64,000 nt of DNA, taken from NCBI GenBank assembly GCA_030426545.1, contig JAUHYL010000012.1:5637-69636 (forward strand), given 5' to 3'. Positions 19,060 through 29,450 of this stretch are shown here, piece after piece. The notes beneath the pieces are model-generated. The model searched no databases. It was not told the DNA's origin and worked only from the letters and a program-made list of their open reading frames with translations. Made by a program: the position numbers and the translations under genes. Position 1 is the stretch's first letter, and each line of letters starts with the position of its first letter. Source of the stretch: Gammaproteobacteria bacterium (GTDB lineage: Bacteria; Pseudomonadota; Gammaproteobacteria; Pseudomonadales; Halieaceae).

Positions 19060-21414
19060 TCAGACGGCTTCTTCCAGAGCCGCCCGTATGTCCATCAGGT
19101 AGTGCGGCGGCCTGGCTAGCCAGATAACCAGGTCCGCGGCCGCCATCGGCCTGGCCAGGAAGAAGCCCTGGATGGCATCGCATCCCATCTCGCGCAGCAG
19201 CGTGAGGCTGGCCTGGTTTTCGACACCCTCGGCAACAACTTTGAGCCCCATGGAGTGCGCCATTTCAATGGTGGAACGCACGATCAGTTGGTCGTCGTGG
19301 CTGGCGTCAAGCTCCTGCACAAGGCTCCTGTCTATCTTGAGTTCGTGCACGGGCAGCGACTTGAGCTGCGCGAGGGACGAATAGCCAGTGCCAAAATCGT
19401 CGATCGCCATCCTGATACCGGCTGCCTCAAACAAACTGAGGTTGGCCAGCGCCCGCTCCATATCCGTGACCATGGCAGTTTCAGTGATTTCCATTACCAG
19501 GGCGTGCGCGGGCAGACCGCTACGTGACAATCGATCTATTGCGGAGCCGACGAAATTCTCGTGCAACACATCTTCGCCTGACAAATTCACGCAGGTGGTT
19601 AAATCCATGCCGGCGGCGCGCCAACGCAGTTGCTGATCGATCACCAGGTCGAGCACCAGATCAGATATTCTGGAGATAAACCCCATCTGCTCTGCCAGGG
19701 GAATAAACTCTTCCGGACAAACCTCTCCCAACTCATCGTCCGTCCAGCGCAGTAGTGCCTCGACCTCTTCGACAGATTGCTGTTCCAGGCGGTACTTCGG
19801 CTGGTACAACAGTGTGAAGGCACGCTCCTCAACGGCGAGTTGCAAACGGCTGGCCATACGTATCTGGCGCAGATGGCTCTCGTCCTGGCCGATCCTGTAG
19901 ATTTCATAAAGGCTGTTGCTGAAGCGCGCCCGCGCCAGGGCGATTTGCGCGCGGCCCAATACGTCATCAAAGTCATGCCCATGCTGCGGACAAAGCACGA
20001 ATCCCAGGGTCAGCTCAACCTGCAGCGCCACGCCCTGCACTGCCACCGGATCGCTGAATTCCCGGTACAGCTTTTTGACTACCTGCTCTACCCCGGCGTG
20101 ATCCAGGCCCTCGTAAAACAGCAGTATCTGGTTGTCTGCGACGCGGGCACAAAGGTCGCCGCGGCGCAGTTTTTCACACAGGCGATCGGCTACCGCCTTC
20201 AATGCCGAGTCGCTGAACGAGGAGCCGTATAGCTCTGCAAGTTTGGACAGGTTTTTCACCTGCAGAAGGCACAATGCAAATTCACTGCCGGAATGACCAT
20301 CGCGCAGGTGGCTGTCAAACCTTGAACGGATGTAATCGCGGTTGGGCAGCTGGGTCACCATGTCGTGCAGGGCATGATGCCGAATGCGTAACTCGCGCTC
20401 CGCGATGGACTGGCGCATGGTATTCATTGCGCCGCCGAGCTTGCGTAGTTCCCGATCCACGCCGAGGCTCACCTCCTGCGTGTAATCACCGTCAGCGATT
20501 TTTTCCACCGCGTTGATCAGGCGCGCAACCGGCAGTGTTGCCCAGCGTGCGATTATCAGCGCGGCTATCATTGCCAACAGCATCGCCGCCAGGGCGGCGA
20601 GTACCATTTGTGATCGAATGGGCTGGTGCTGCGCCAACGCCGCGTCCAGCGATGTGGAAAGCACCACCTGCATCTGCGTATCACCGAGACCTTGCAGCGA
20701 TACGGCTTCACTCACCCAGTTGTACGACTCAAGCCACTGCAACAGCTGGCTTGTTGCCGCGCTCATTTCAGCGCCGCGTCGCTCTCCTCGCAGCCAATCC
20801 ACGTCAAGCGTTGAGGCAAAGTGCACATCGCTACCGTCGCCGTAAACCAGCGTAAGCTCGGCGCCCAGCGCACTGCGCAGGCGTTCAAAGAAGGCGTCGT
20901 CCAGCGCGGCACCCACGCCAATCCAGCCTTTGAAGTCCTGCACTGACAGGGGCACCAGGAGAAACTGGTAGGGACTACCATCGACGACGGCAGCGGTTCG
21001 CAGGCTTCCCGCGACAGGTGACGGCATGGCGTCTGCCGGTGAGAGCGACAACGATGTCGCTTCACGGGTACCCACCACTACCTCCAGGTTGTGATCCAGT
21101 AACAGCGCCACGTGCGCATCGCGCATTTCGCGGTACTCAAGCAACAGGCTGTCGAAGGCGTCTTGATCCGCGTGGGTAAGCGCGCGTCCGGATGCGACAT
21201 CAGCTACCAGCACCTCAGCCCACAGCTGCAGCCGATCAAAATCGCTATCCAGTTGCGCCGCGAAGCCGCGCTGTATGAACGCCAGCTTCTCCGTTACCAG
21301 ACGCTCTGATATTTCCGCGGTCGCGCGCGAGAGGGCGAGCATATTGCTGGCCAGCGTCACAAGCACCACGACGAGCACGCAAAGCAGCAGTTTCGAACGA
21401 TAGCTAACAGGCAT
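19060..21414 (-). CDS. Membrane c-di-GMP phosphodiesterase: TM-sensor-TM-HAMP-degenerate GGDEF-EAL
   Basis: Likely start is ATG 21414 (MPVSYRSK). Two TM helices and a HAMP domain; the GGDEF site reads ADNQI; EAL motifs EALLRW, EITET, DDFGTGYSSL, ELKID and AEGVE are intact. Confidence 0.88.
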   Translation of the reverse strand: MPVSYRSKLLLCVLVVVLVTLASNMLALSRATAEISERLVTEKLAFIQRGFAAQLDSDFDRLQLWAEVLVADVASGRALTHADQDAFDSLLLEYREMRDAHVALLLDHNLEVVVGTREATSLSLSPADAMPSPVAGSLRTAAVVDGSPYQFLLVPLSVQDFKGWIGVGAALDDAFFERLRSALGAELTLVYGDGSDVHFASTLDVDWLRGERRGAEMSAATSQLLQWLESYNWVSEAVSLQGLGDTQMQVVLSTSLDAALAQHQPIRSQMVLAALAAMLLAMIAALIIARWATLPVARLINAVEKIADGDYTQEVSLGVDRELRKLGGAMNTMRQSIAERELRIRHHALHDMVTQLPNRDYIRSRFDSHLRDGHSGSEFALCLLQVKNLSKLAELYGSSFSDSALKAVADRLCEKLRRGDLCARVADNQILLFYEGLDHAGVEQVVKKLYREFSDPVAVQGVALQVELTLGFVLCPQHGHDFDDVLGRAQIALARARFSNSLYEIYRIGQDESHLRQIRMASRLQLAVEERAFTLLYQPKYRLEQQSVEEVEALLRWTDDELGEVCPEEFIPLAEQMGFISRISDLVLDLVIDQQLRWRAAGMDLTTCVNLSGEDVLHENFVGSAIDRLSRSGLPAHALVMEITETAMVTDMERALANLSLFEAAGIRMAIDDFGTGYSSLAQLKSLPVHELKIDRSLVQELDASHDDQLIVRSTIEMAHSMGLKVVAEGVENQASLTLLREMGCDAIQGFFLARPMAAADLVIWLARPPHYLMDIRAALEEAV

Positions 21415-21806
21415 GTTCTGTATACCCGCAACGCCAGCTGACCTGGACGGTGACACAGCGTACGCCAGCGCGTTGCCGGGCACCCGGAAATGAGGCCAGG
21501 GCCAGGCACCCGCTGACGGGCACTGCGCAAATCGCTGGCGCTGCCGCGACTATTGTTATTGTTAAAGGCAAGCCTATCCCCCGAAGCATGTCCCCTCGGG
21601 GCATTCTGAAACACGAAAACAGGCGGTGTCCACGCCAACTGCGCGCAATGTGACGAAACTCTACGATCGCGCACTAAAGGATCATGACAGGCTGCCGCTA
21701 ACCGCTATAGGGAGACTGCAAACCGGGGAGACGTTTGGGCACTTCAGCCCGGATCAGTAAATTAGACCGGTTGGCCAGCTCCTGGCATTCACACCTGCCA
21801 GCGAAC

Positions 21807-21828
21807 TGCGGGTTTCAGCAAACCCGCA
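21807..21828. repeat. Perfect 9-bp hairpin downstream of the carotenoid-oxygenase gene
   Basis: TGCGGGTTT-CAGC-AAACCCGCA with no U tract; could be a 3' stabiliser or a weak terminator. Confidence 0.45.
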
Positions 21829-21856
21829 CGGTGCGATACCGCGAGGGGCGCACGGC

Positions 21857-23398
21857 CTAACGGTAGGTCTGTGTATAGAAATTACCGTGAAAACCGAAGG
21901 GAATGTGTGTGGGCAGCGCTATCACAGCCAGCTCATGCTGCATGTCCCGGGCATCGACCAATACGATCTCACTCTTGCGGCGCTCGCGGTTATACACGAT
22001 CGACACCAGGTAACCGTCGTCTTCCTCGGTGGCACCCACGCGGGGAATAAAGTTTATCTCGGATGTGAAGCGACCTTCGCCGTAATCATGCAGCCGCAGT
22101 TCGCCGCTGGCGTGGTCAATTTTCTGGCAGGCATTGAAGCCGTAGGGCGTACCGTTTTCCACGATGGTCGCCAGCCAGGTGAAGCGGTTGTCAGTGCCCG
22201 TGCGCGACAAATTCCAGGCGGGGAACTCGCCCGAGATAGCGCCGGCAACGGGCTCACTGCGCACACCGCCGTTTACCAGGTCGAGGTGGAAGCGAATAAA
22301 CTGTGCGCCATCGGCGAGGAAGTCGGCGTCATCGCTACTTTCCTGGTACACGTCCGCTAGCGCCCCCATCACCTCCATATCAGAAACGCACAAAACGTCC
22401 ACGCTCAACGTATCGCCGGCTTCACGGGCATTACCCAGGTGAAAACCGAAGAAACTGTCGAGTTCACAGGACGTGACGATATCGCCGCTTTGCAGGTCCA
22501 GGACGACGATTTTGGTCTTCTCGCTGGCGTCGAAATCAATGGATTCCATGATGCTGCTCAGGCCGAACAGGAAGCGGAAGGGCCGACGCATAAAGGCAGG
22601 ACACAGCACGAACACCGCGTAGCGCTCGGTGATCGCAAAGTCGTGCAACATGGAATATTCACCCACATAGTGGGAGCGATTCAGCACCATGCGCCCCGTC
22701 GGGTCGATGGCGTAGAAATGGAGCTTGGGTTTGGGCACGCCAAAGACGCCGAAGTTGTAGAGATTACCGCTACGCGGATCAAGCCGCGCATGGGCACTGA
22801 AGGGCTGCCCCATTTTCAGCGCACCCTCAAAATTGTATTCGCCGACGGTTTCCAGGGTGGCCGGATCCAGTTCGTAGGGCTTGCCACCTTCCCACAGTGC
22901 GAGCAGCTTGCCGCCGTGCAGAACCACGCTGGTGTTGGCGGCGTTGCCCGGCGTGCGAAACATATTGCGCAACATGCCGCCGGGTATCTGCGTGCCCACA
23001 CCGCGATAAAGAATGCGCTGGGCCTCACTCTCACGAACATACTTTTCGGTGCGCACGTAGCGGTTGCGAAAATGCACCTTGCCGGCCGTAAACGTGACCG
23101 CGTTAATCACCCCGTCACCGTCAAACCAGTGACCGAATTGCTGGCCCCCGACCTCGTTGCGACCGACGCAGGTCTGAAACAGCGTACCGTGCAGGTCAGC
23201 GGGAATCTCGCCGCGGATGGCGGCGTCGTCTACCCAGTAATCGTCCTCACGTTCCAGCGGCGAGTAACCGTGCAGTTCACACCCCCGATGCACGCGGGGG
23301 CGTTGCGGCAGGAAATCCGGAAGGCCTTCCTTGTTCCCGGCGGCAGGTTGCCGGGCGTGAGTTCCGGACGGGGTGGTCGATGCCAGCGCTTCTGCCAT
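21857..23398 (-). CDS. Carotenoid cleavage oxygenase / RPE65 family dioxygenase
   Basis: 'HWFDGDG', 'ANTSVV', four candidate Fe-binding His (SAHAR, MLHDF, GFHLG, GFHG), 'DDGYL'; likely start ATG 23398. Confidence 0.9.
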   Translation of the reverse strand: MAEALASTTPSGTHARQPAAGNKEGLPDFLPQRPRVHRGCELHGYSPLEREDDYWVDDAAIRGEIPADLHGTLFQTCVGRNEVGGQQFGHWFDGDGVINAVTFTAGKVHFRNRYVRTEKYVRESEAQRILYRGVGTQIPGGMLRNMFRTPGNAANTSVVLHGGKLLALWEGGKPYELDPATLETVGEYNFEGALKMGQPFSAHARLDPRSGNLYNFGVFGVPKPKLHFYAIDPTGRMVLNRSHYVGEYSMLHDFAITERYAVFVLCPAFMRRPFRFLFGLSSIMESIDFDASEKTKIVVLDLQSGDIVTSCELDSFFGFHLGNAREAGDTLSVDVLCVSDMEVMGALADVYQESSDDADFLADGAQFIRFHLDLVNGGVRSEPVAGAISGEFPAWNLSRTGTDNRFTWLATIVENGTPYGFNACQKIDHASGELRLHDYGEGRFTSEINFIPRVGATEEDDGYLVSIVYNRERRKSEIVLVDARDMQHELAVIALPTHIPFGFHGNFYTQTYR

Positions 23399-23480
23399 GG
23401 TGACGCTTCCAGTGGGATACCGAACGCTTATTATTACCACTCGCCGCCGCTATGTACCAGTGTCCCGCGTCTGCGGGTTG

Positions 23481-25499
23481 TCAGTCGACCGCCTGCAACC
23501 AGATCGGCGATGACCAGGCGCGCTCACGCAGGGTGGCCGGCACTTGCGGCGGCGGTTCGCGCCCCAACCGGATGGCATCGTAAGTTGACCAGCGGCAGGT
23601 GGGATTCTGTAACACACGGGTGTAATAAAAGGCGCTCTGCTGGGGATCGTAGTGCGGGTCCCGCCAGACAACGCTGAGTTCAGTCGCGCCCTGGGAACCC
23701 GTCAGGCTGCAATCGGCGATGTTGACGCCAGCGTCGCCCTCAGGGCAACGCGCTGTCGTCGTATCCACCGGCACACCGCCGGCGCAGGCGATATCGCGCA
23801 CCGCTTCATGGGTAACGCCTTGCTCATCGATCCAGCCCTTGACCATCTGGATACGCTGCAGCGGTGCGCTGAGCGGGTCGGCCGCTGCCCAGACAAAAAA
23901 TGCGGGGCTACCCCGCCCCGCGTCCAGCGGTTTGAGGATGCCCCCCATGGGCACGCCGGCACCGGTAGCGAGCGCGATCGCGCCCGGATCATTGACGATC
24001 TCCTCATCGAAACCCCACCCGGCAAAAAACCGTAACCCGATACGCGGCCCAGAGGTGGCGTAGGTTTCCTTGCGCTGCATCGCCGAGAACAGCGCGTCGC
24101 GGGTATTTTCCTCGGCCCACACCGCAGCCAAACCGCCGGACGTGTGATGTTGCAGGTTGGACTCGTAGGGCTTGCGATCGGGCCACTCGCGCATGCGCCG
24201 CACGGCCGGTGAGGTCACCGTGCCGACTTTGCCCACGTAGTCCCACTCCTCGGCATCACCGGGATTGGCGTTGTGCGTATCCGTAGCGGCAATGAATCCG
24301 AAAGCGAGTGGATTAAAACCCTTGTCCCGCTCCAGTTGCAGGCCGATTTTCAGGCCCTGGCGCGCAAAGCTCGAGGTAAAGGCACAGCCGCCCAGCTCGC
24401 CAGCCTCACACGGCGGCAGCACCTGCCCGAAGGCACACTCCTCATCCGTGGCACCGACACCCAGCGCACACTCTGAGGCACCCTTCACCTGGTAGATCTC
24501 GGCAATGGGCTCACGCGCGTCACGCAAACGCCAACCAGCCTCGTCGTACGCCTTGCCATCCCAGGTGTAGGGGCTGTAGAACAGGCCCCAGCCCTTGTTC
24601 ATATTGTGCGGTATGGTCAGGAAATCACAGTCACCGGTACAGGTAGTCTCCAATTCGCGCCACAGGTCAGTGGCATTGCCCACGTCCAGGGACGACACGG
24701 CGTGTGTCGGCAGATCGTCGCCATTAAAAATCACGTTGCGATGGTGTTTGCCCGACTGCGGCAGGGCGGGCGAGAATTCATAGCCGGCGAAAGTCGTAAG
24801 TACGCCGGGCTCATTGTACTGGTCGGCCAGAGCGCGGTAGCGCGCCCAGTCACTGTTGCTGTCGCGGTAGCAGCGATCCGGGTCGGACTCGTCGCGGCAG
24901 ATGGGCCAACTTTGATAGTCCAGCCTGGGGCGCGACCGGTTTTGGTAGACACCCGGCTCGCCTCTCGCGAGGGCTTCAGTCTCCTGGTCGGCAAGCGCTC
25001 TGATTAGCAGGAATACCGTGAGGCTCGGTGTTTCCAGAAAGTAGCAATTGATCTTCTCGTTCCATGACAAACCCGCATCGGCACAGCGCGTCCGCAGACC
25101 GAAGCTCTCCGAGTGATCGGTGATGGCGAGGAAATCCAGCGGGCGCGACAACTGCATCAATTCGCCACCGTCACTGCGCAACGGCTCTCCCCTGGCGAAC
25201 CGGTAGGCATCTTCCACACCCAGGGAGTTACCGAACAGCTTGGCGTCAAAGCTCTCCTGGGTGTGAATGTGTAGTTCACCCCAATAGACGTTCTTCAACG
25301 GATTGTAGGGGCGCTCCCGCAGTGGCTCCGTGGCCGGCACCGGGATACGCGAATCGTCCTGCAGGGCATAATCATCCAGTGCAGTTGTCGGCGATGCGGC
25401 GGCGGTAAGCTCGCGCACGGGAGCCAGCACAATAAACCAGAGCACCGCGACGCCTGCCACCAGGAGCAACGCGAATATCATCAGAACACGCTTGAACAT
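23481..25499 (-). CDS. DUF3604 domain protein (PHP-like metal-binding), paralog 1, N-terminal membrane anchor
   Basis: 'WGELHIHT..SFDA', 'LSRPLDFLAITDHSE', 'HRNVIF', 'IPHNMN', 'TDTHN', 'RKETYATSGPRI', 'QERAWSSPIW'. Confidence 0.85.
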   Translation of the reverse strand: MFKRVLMIFALLLVAGVAVLWFIVLAPVRELTAAASPTTALDDYALQDDSRIPVPATEPLRERPYNPLKNVYWGELHIHTQESFDAKLFGNSLGVEDAYRFARGEPLRSDGGELMQLSRPLDFLAITDHSESFGLRTRCADAGLSWNEKINCYFLETPSLTVFLLIRALADQETEALARGEPGVYQNRSRPRLDYQSWPICRDESDPDRCYRDSNSDWARYRALADQYNEPGVLTTFAGYEFSPALPQSGKHHRNVIFNGDDLPTHAVSSLDVGNATDLWRELETTCTGDCDFLTIPHNMNKGWGLFYSPYTWDGKAYDEAGWRLRDAREPIAEIYQVKGASECALGVGATDEECAFGQVLPPCEAGELGGCAFTSSFARQGLKIGLQLERDKGFNPLAFGFIAATDTHNANPGDAEEWDYVGKVGTVTSPAVRRMREWPDRKPYESNLQHHTSGGLAAVWAEENTRDALFSAMQRKETYATSGPRIGLRFFAGWGFDEEIVNDPGAIALATGAGVPMGGILKPLDAGRGSPAFFVWAAADPLSAPLQRIQMVKGWIDEQGVTHEAVRDIACAGGVPVDTTTARCPEGDAGVNIADCSLTGSQGATELSVVWRDPHYDPQQSAFYYTRVLQNPTCRWSTYDAIRLGREPPPQVPATLRERAWSSPIWLQAVD

Positions 25500-25571
25500 G
25501 GGCTTACCTTTATCGTTGTTGTCAGCCCGAGGCTGTTTGGGAGGTCGGCGGCCCGCTCATTCCCCGACTCA

Positions 25572-26432
25572 CTATTCCTCTACCATCGAATAGGGCGGGC
25601 TCAGGTCGCCCAGCCAGTCTTCCGCGACGACTTCAACTCTACGCATCGGCAGGGGGGCACCCGCGGGCAAACAATCACCGCTGGTCAAAAGCGTATACGC
25701 GTTAAAAGCACTCGCCTGCGCCACCAGTTGCACCACTGACCACACCTCTTCAAGTGAGGAAGTCACCATCCTGGCCACCCTGAGGTTCGTATCAAAGTAC
25801 GGACCCAGCGTCGGCTCGATTGGGCCGATGGTACTCATGATGGTCCAGACGTCATCGGGATCACAACTTGCATCGCCATGGCGAATGTCGAGTTGCTCTC
25901 CGAGTGTTCCGACAGGCAGCAGCGAATCTGGCGTTACCCGGAACAGGAAGTGGTGCAGCGAGCCTGCCGGGTCAGTAAAGGGGCGCACAACGCGGGCTTC
26001 GTTCACGGCCGTGATATCGATTACCTCGCCGACAAAGTCGCCGTCTGCATCCCTGACGATGCGTTTCGGCCCGGCCGCTGTGCTGACCGGGGTAAATATG
26101 GGGCGCAGATAAAACTCGGCATCGGAATTAATCGCCGCCATCGCATCGGGAATTCCCGCATATTCTACGTTGGAGGTGGGACAGACCGGATTTTGTCGAT
26201 CAGCGCAGACTGAATCGTGGGACCACTGCACGAACTTGTATCCCGACGCAGGAATCGCAATAAAAATGTCCTGGAAGTCTGCCGCGTTAACTTCGATGAC
26301 ACACGAGGCACTTTCGGCACAGTCTTCTTCGCCGCTACCCGAGGCCACACTGCCGCCTTCCGGCACGATGATAACGAGCTTGCAACCGGTCAGCACGACA
26401 ACGAGAAAGACCAGGAAAGTAATACTTCGCAT
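25572..26432 (-). CDS. Hypothetical lipoprotein with a Cys-rich N-terminal domain shared with 61633..62067
   Basis: Likely start ATG 26432; lipobox-like 'VLTGC'; the domain 'CKLVIIVPEGG...FIAIPASGYKFVQW...C...C...LRPIF' aligns by eye to the second copy. Confidence 0.65.
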   Translation of the reverse strand: MRSITFLVFLVVVLTGCKLVIIVPEGGSVASGSGEEDCAESASCVIEVNAADFQDIFIAIPASGYKFVQWSHDSVCADRQNPVCPTSNVEYAGIPDAMAAINSDAEFYLRPIFTPVSTAAGPKRIVRDADGDFVGEVIDITAVNEARVVRPFTDPAGSLHHFLFRVTPDSLLPVGTLGEQLDIRHGDASCDPDDVWTIMSTIGPIEPTLGPYFDTNLRVARMVTSSLEEVWSVVQLVAQASAFNAYTLLTSGDCLPAGAPLPMRRVEVVAEDWLGDLSPPYSMVEE

Positions 26433-26488
26433 GAGCAACTGTCTCTGTGGTGAGGTATGAGTGTAGCACCGCACCGCGACTACCGCGT

Positions 26489-26956
26489 TTACAGGTAGAT
26501 GATAATCAGCTCGTAGATCACCACCGGACGCTCATCCTGGCCCTCTATGTGTATGTGCTGCTCCTGGGTGACCATGGTGCCTTTGGGCGACTGGGTCACT
26601 TCCTTTACGCGGCTGCGCATGCGTATCGAGCTGCCGGCAGGTACCGGCCCGGTGAAGCGCAGTTTGTTGGAGCCATAATTGACGATCGCATTGTAGCCGG
26701 TGATCTCAAAAGTCGGCTTGCCGCGCAGACGTGGCATCATCACCAGTGTCATGAAGCCATGGGCGATGGTCGTGCCGAAGGGCCCCTCGTTCTTCGAGCG
26801 CTCCTCGTCAACGTGAATCCAGTTGTGGTCGCCGGTGAGGTCGGCGAACTGATTGATCAGTTCCTGGGTGATCTGAAACGGTTCACTCCACTGGCCAAAC
26901 TCCTCCGAGACAAGCGCCTGCAGGCCTTCGATATCGTCATATGCGTATTGCTTCAT
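26489..26956 (-). CDS. MaoC family dehydratase
   Basis: Start ATG 26956 with a GGAGG-like RBS; 'QFADLTGDHNWIHVD', 'TIAHGFMTL', 'NYGSNKLRF'. Confidence 0.9.
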   Translation of the reverse strand: MKQYAYDDIEGLQALVSEEFGQWSEPFQITQELINQFADLTGDHNWIHVDEERSKNEGPFGTTIAHGFMTLVMMPRLRGKPTFEITGYNAIVNYGSNKLRFTGPVPAGSSIRMRSRVKEVTQSPKGTMVTQEQHIHIEGQDERPVVIYELIIIYL

Positions 26957-27104
26957 AGGGGGTCCTCCGGGATGGGATCTGCGCCAGAACCTGCGCTGCG
27001 CGTCATGGTACACGCGGCCCGGTGGACCCACTACCGGAACCAATCCGCCGCTGGCTCAATCAGCTATACCATGGCTTGCTTCTCCCCCGGGGAAAACTGC
27101 CTAA

Positions 27105-28427
<1,323 letters not shown>

Positions 28428-28472
28428 TTTTTACGCCCCTTCGGGCGCACACCGTAACCAAGGAGATACTTC

Positions 28473-29387
28473 ATGGGAGACCTGACCGGTAAAGTCGCCG
28501 TCATCACTGGCGCCGGTCGCGGCCTCGGTCGCGAAGAAGCCATGCAGCTTGCCCGCCAGGGCGCGCGCGTGGTGATCAATGACATCAACCTGCCCGACGC
28601 CGAGGAAGCCGCACAGGCTACCGTGGAAGAAATCAAGGCATTCGGCGGCGAGGCCATCGCCGTGTTTGGCGATTGTGCGGATTCCACCGATGCCGAGAAC
28701 CTGATGAAAGCCACGCTGGATGCCTACGGCGATCTCAACATCATGGTGAACAACGCCGGCTTCTGCCGCGACAAGACCATTTTCGGCATGTCCGACGACG
28801 AATTTGATTCCGTGGTGCGCGTGCACCTGCGCGGGCATTTCGTGAATATGCGCAACGCAACCGCTTACTGGCGCGACAAGGCGAAGTCTGGCGAACAGGT
28901 GTATGGCCGCCTGATCAGCACCTCTTCGGAAGCCGCGATCTACGGTTCTGCAGGGCAGCCCAATTATGCCTCCGCCAAGGCGGGCATCATCGCCATGACC
29001 ATGGGCGCGGCGCAGCTACTGGCCAAGTATGGCATCACTGCCAACGTGATCATGCCTCGCGCGCTGACCGACATGACCGCTGGCGGCCAGACCGCAGAGA
29101 TGTTCGCGCCGCCGGAAGACGGCAGCTTCCACATGTTCGACCCGGCGAACGTTGCGCCACTGGTGGGCTACCTGGCATCCCCCGAAGCCGAAAAGATTTC
29201 CGGCGAGGTGATGGTGGTCTGGGGTAACGAGGTATCCATTCTGCAGCGGCCAAAAGCCCTGGATGCCATCGCCAACCCCAAGGGTGCACAGAAGTGGGAA
29301 GTGGACGACCTGCACAGTGCGCTGGCGTCGCACTACAACGACGACTACGTGTCTGTCTGGGGTGGCTACTCCGTTCCGCCCTACTGA
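28473..29387 (+). CDS. SDR, 3-hydroxyacyl-CoA dehydrogenase of MFE-2/Hsd4A type
   Basis: TGAGRGLGRE, 'VVINDI', 'NNAGFCRD', 'VHLRGHF', 'GQPNYASAK'. Confidence 0.88.
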   Translation: MGDLTGKVAVITGAGRGLGREEAMQLARQGARVVINDINLPDAEEAAQATVEEIKAFGGEAIAVFGDCADSTDAENLMKATLDAYGDLNIMVNNAGFCRDKTIFGMSDDEFDSVVRVHLRGHFVNMRNATAYWRDKAKSGEQVYGRLISTSSEAAIYGSAGQPNYASAKAGIIAMTMGAAQLLAKYGITANVIMPRALTDMTAGGQTAEMFAPPEDGSFHMFDPANVAPLVGYLASPEAEKISGEVMVVWGNEVSILQRPKALDAIANPKGAQKWEVDDLHSALASHYNDDYVSVWGGYSVPPY

Positions 29388-29450
29388 GTCATCCGTCGCG
29401 GCACGGAAAATTTGCAAGCCTCAGCTACGGCAGCGCACCCGGAGACGCTA

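Noticed and set aside
21541-21856. Riboswitch or sRNA upstream of the degenerate GGDEF-EAL gene
   Set aside because: Only an isolated GCAAACC and one hairpin; no complete consensus.
22439-23677. 412-aa plus-strand ORF
   Set aside because: Antisense shadow of the carotenoid oxygenase gene; no motifs, typical of GC-rich codon bias.
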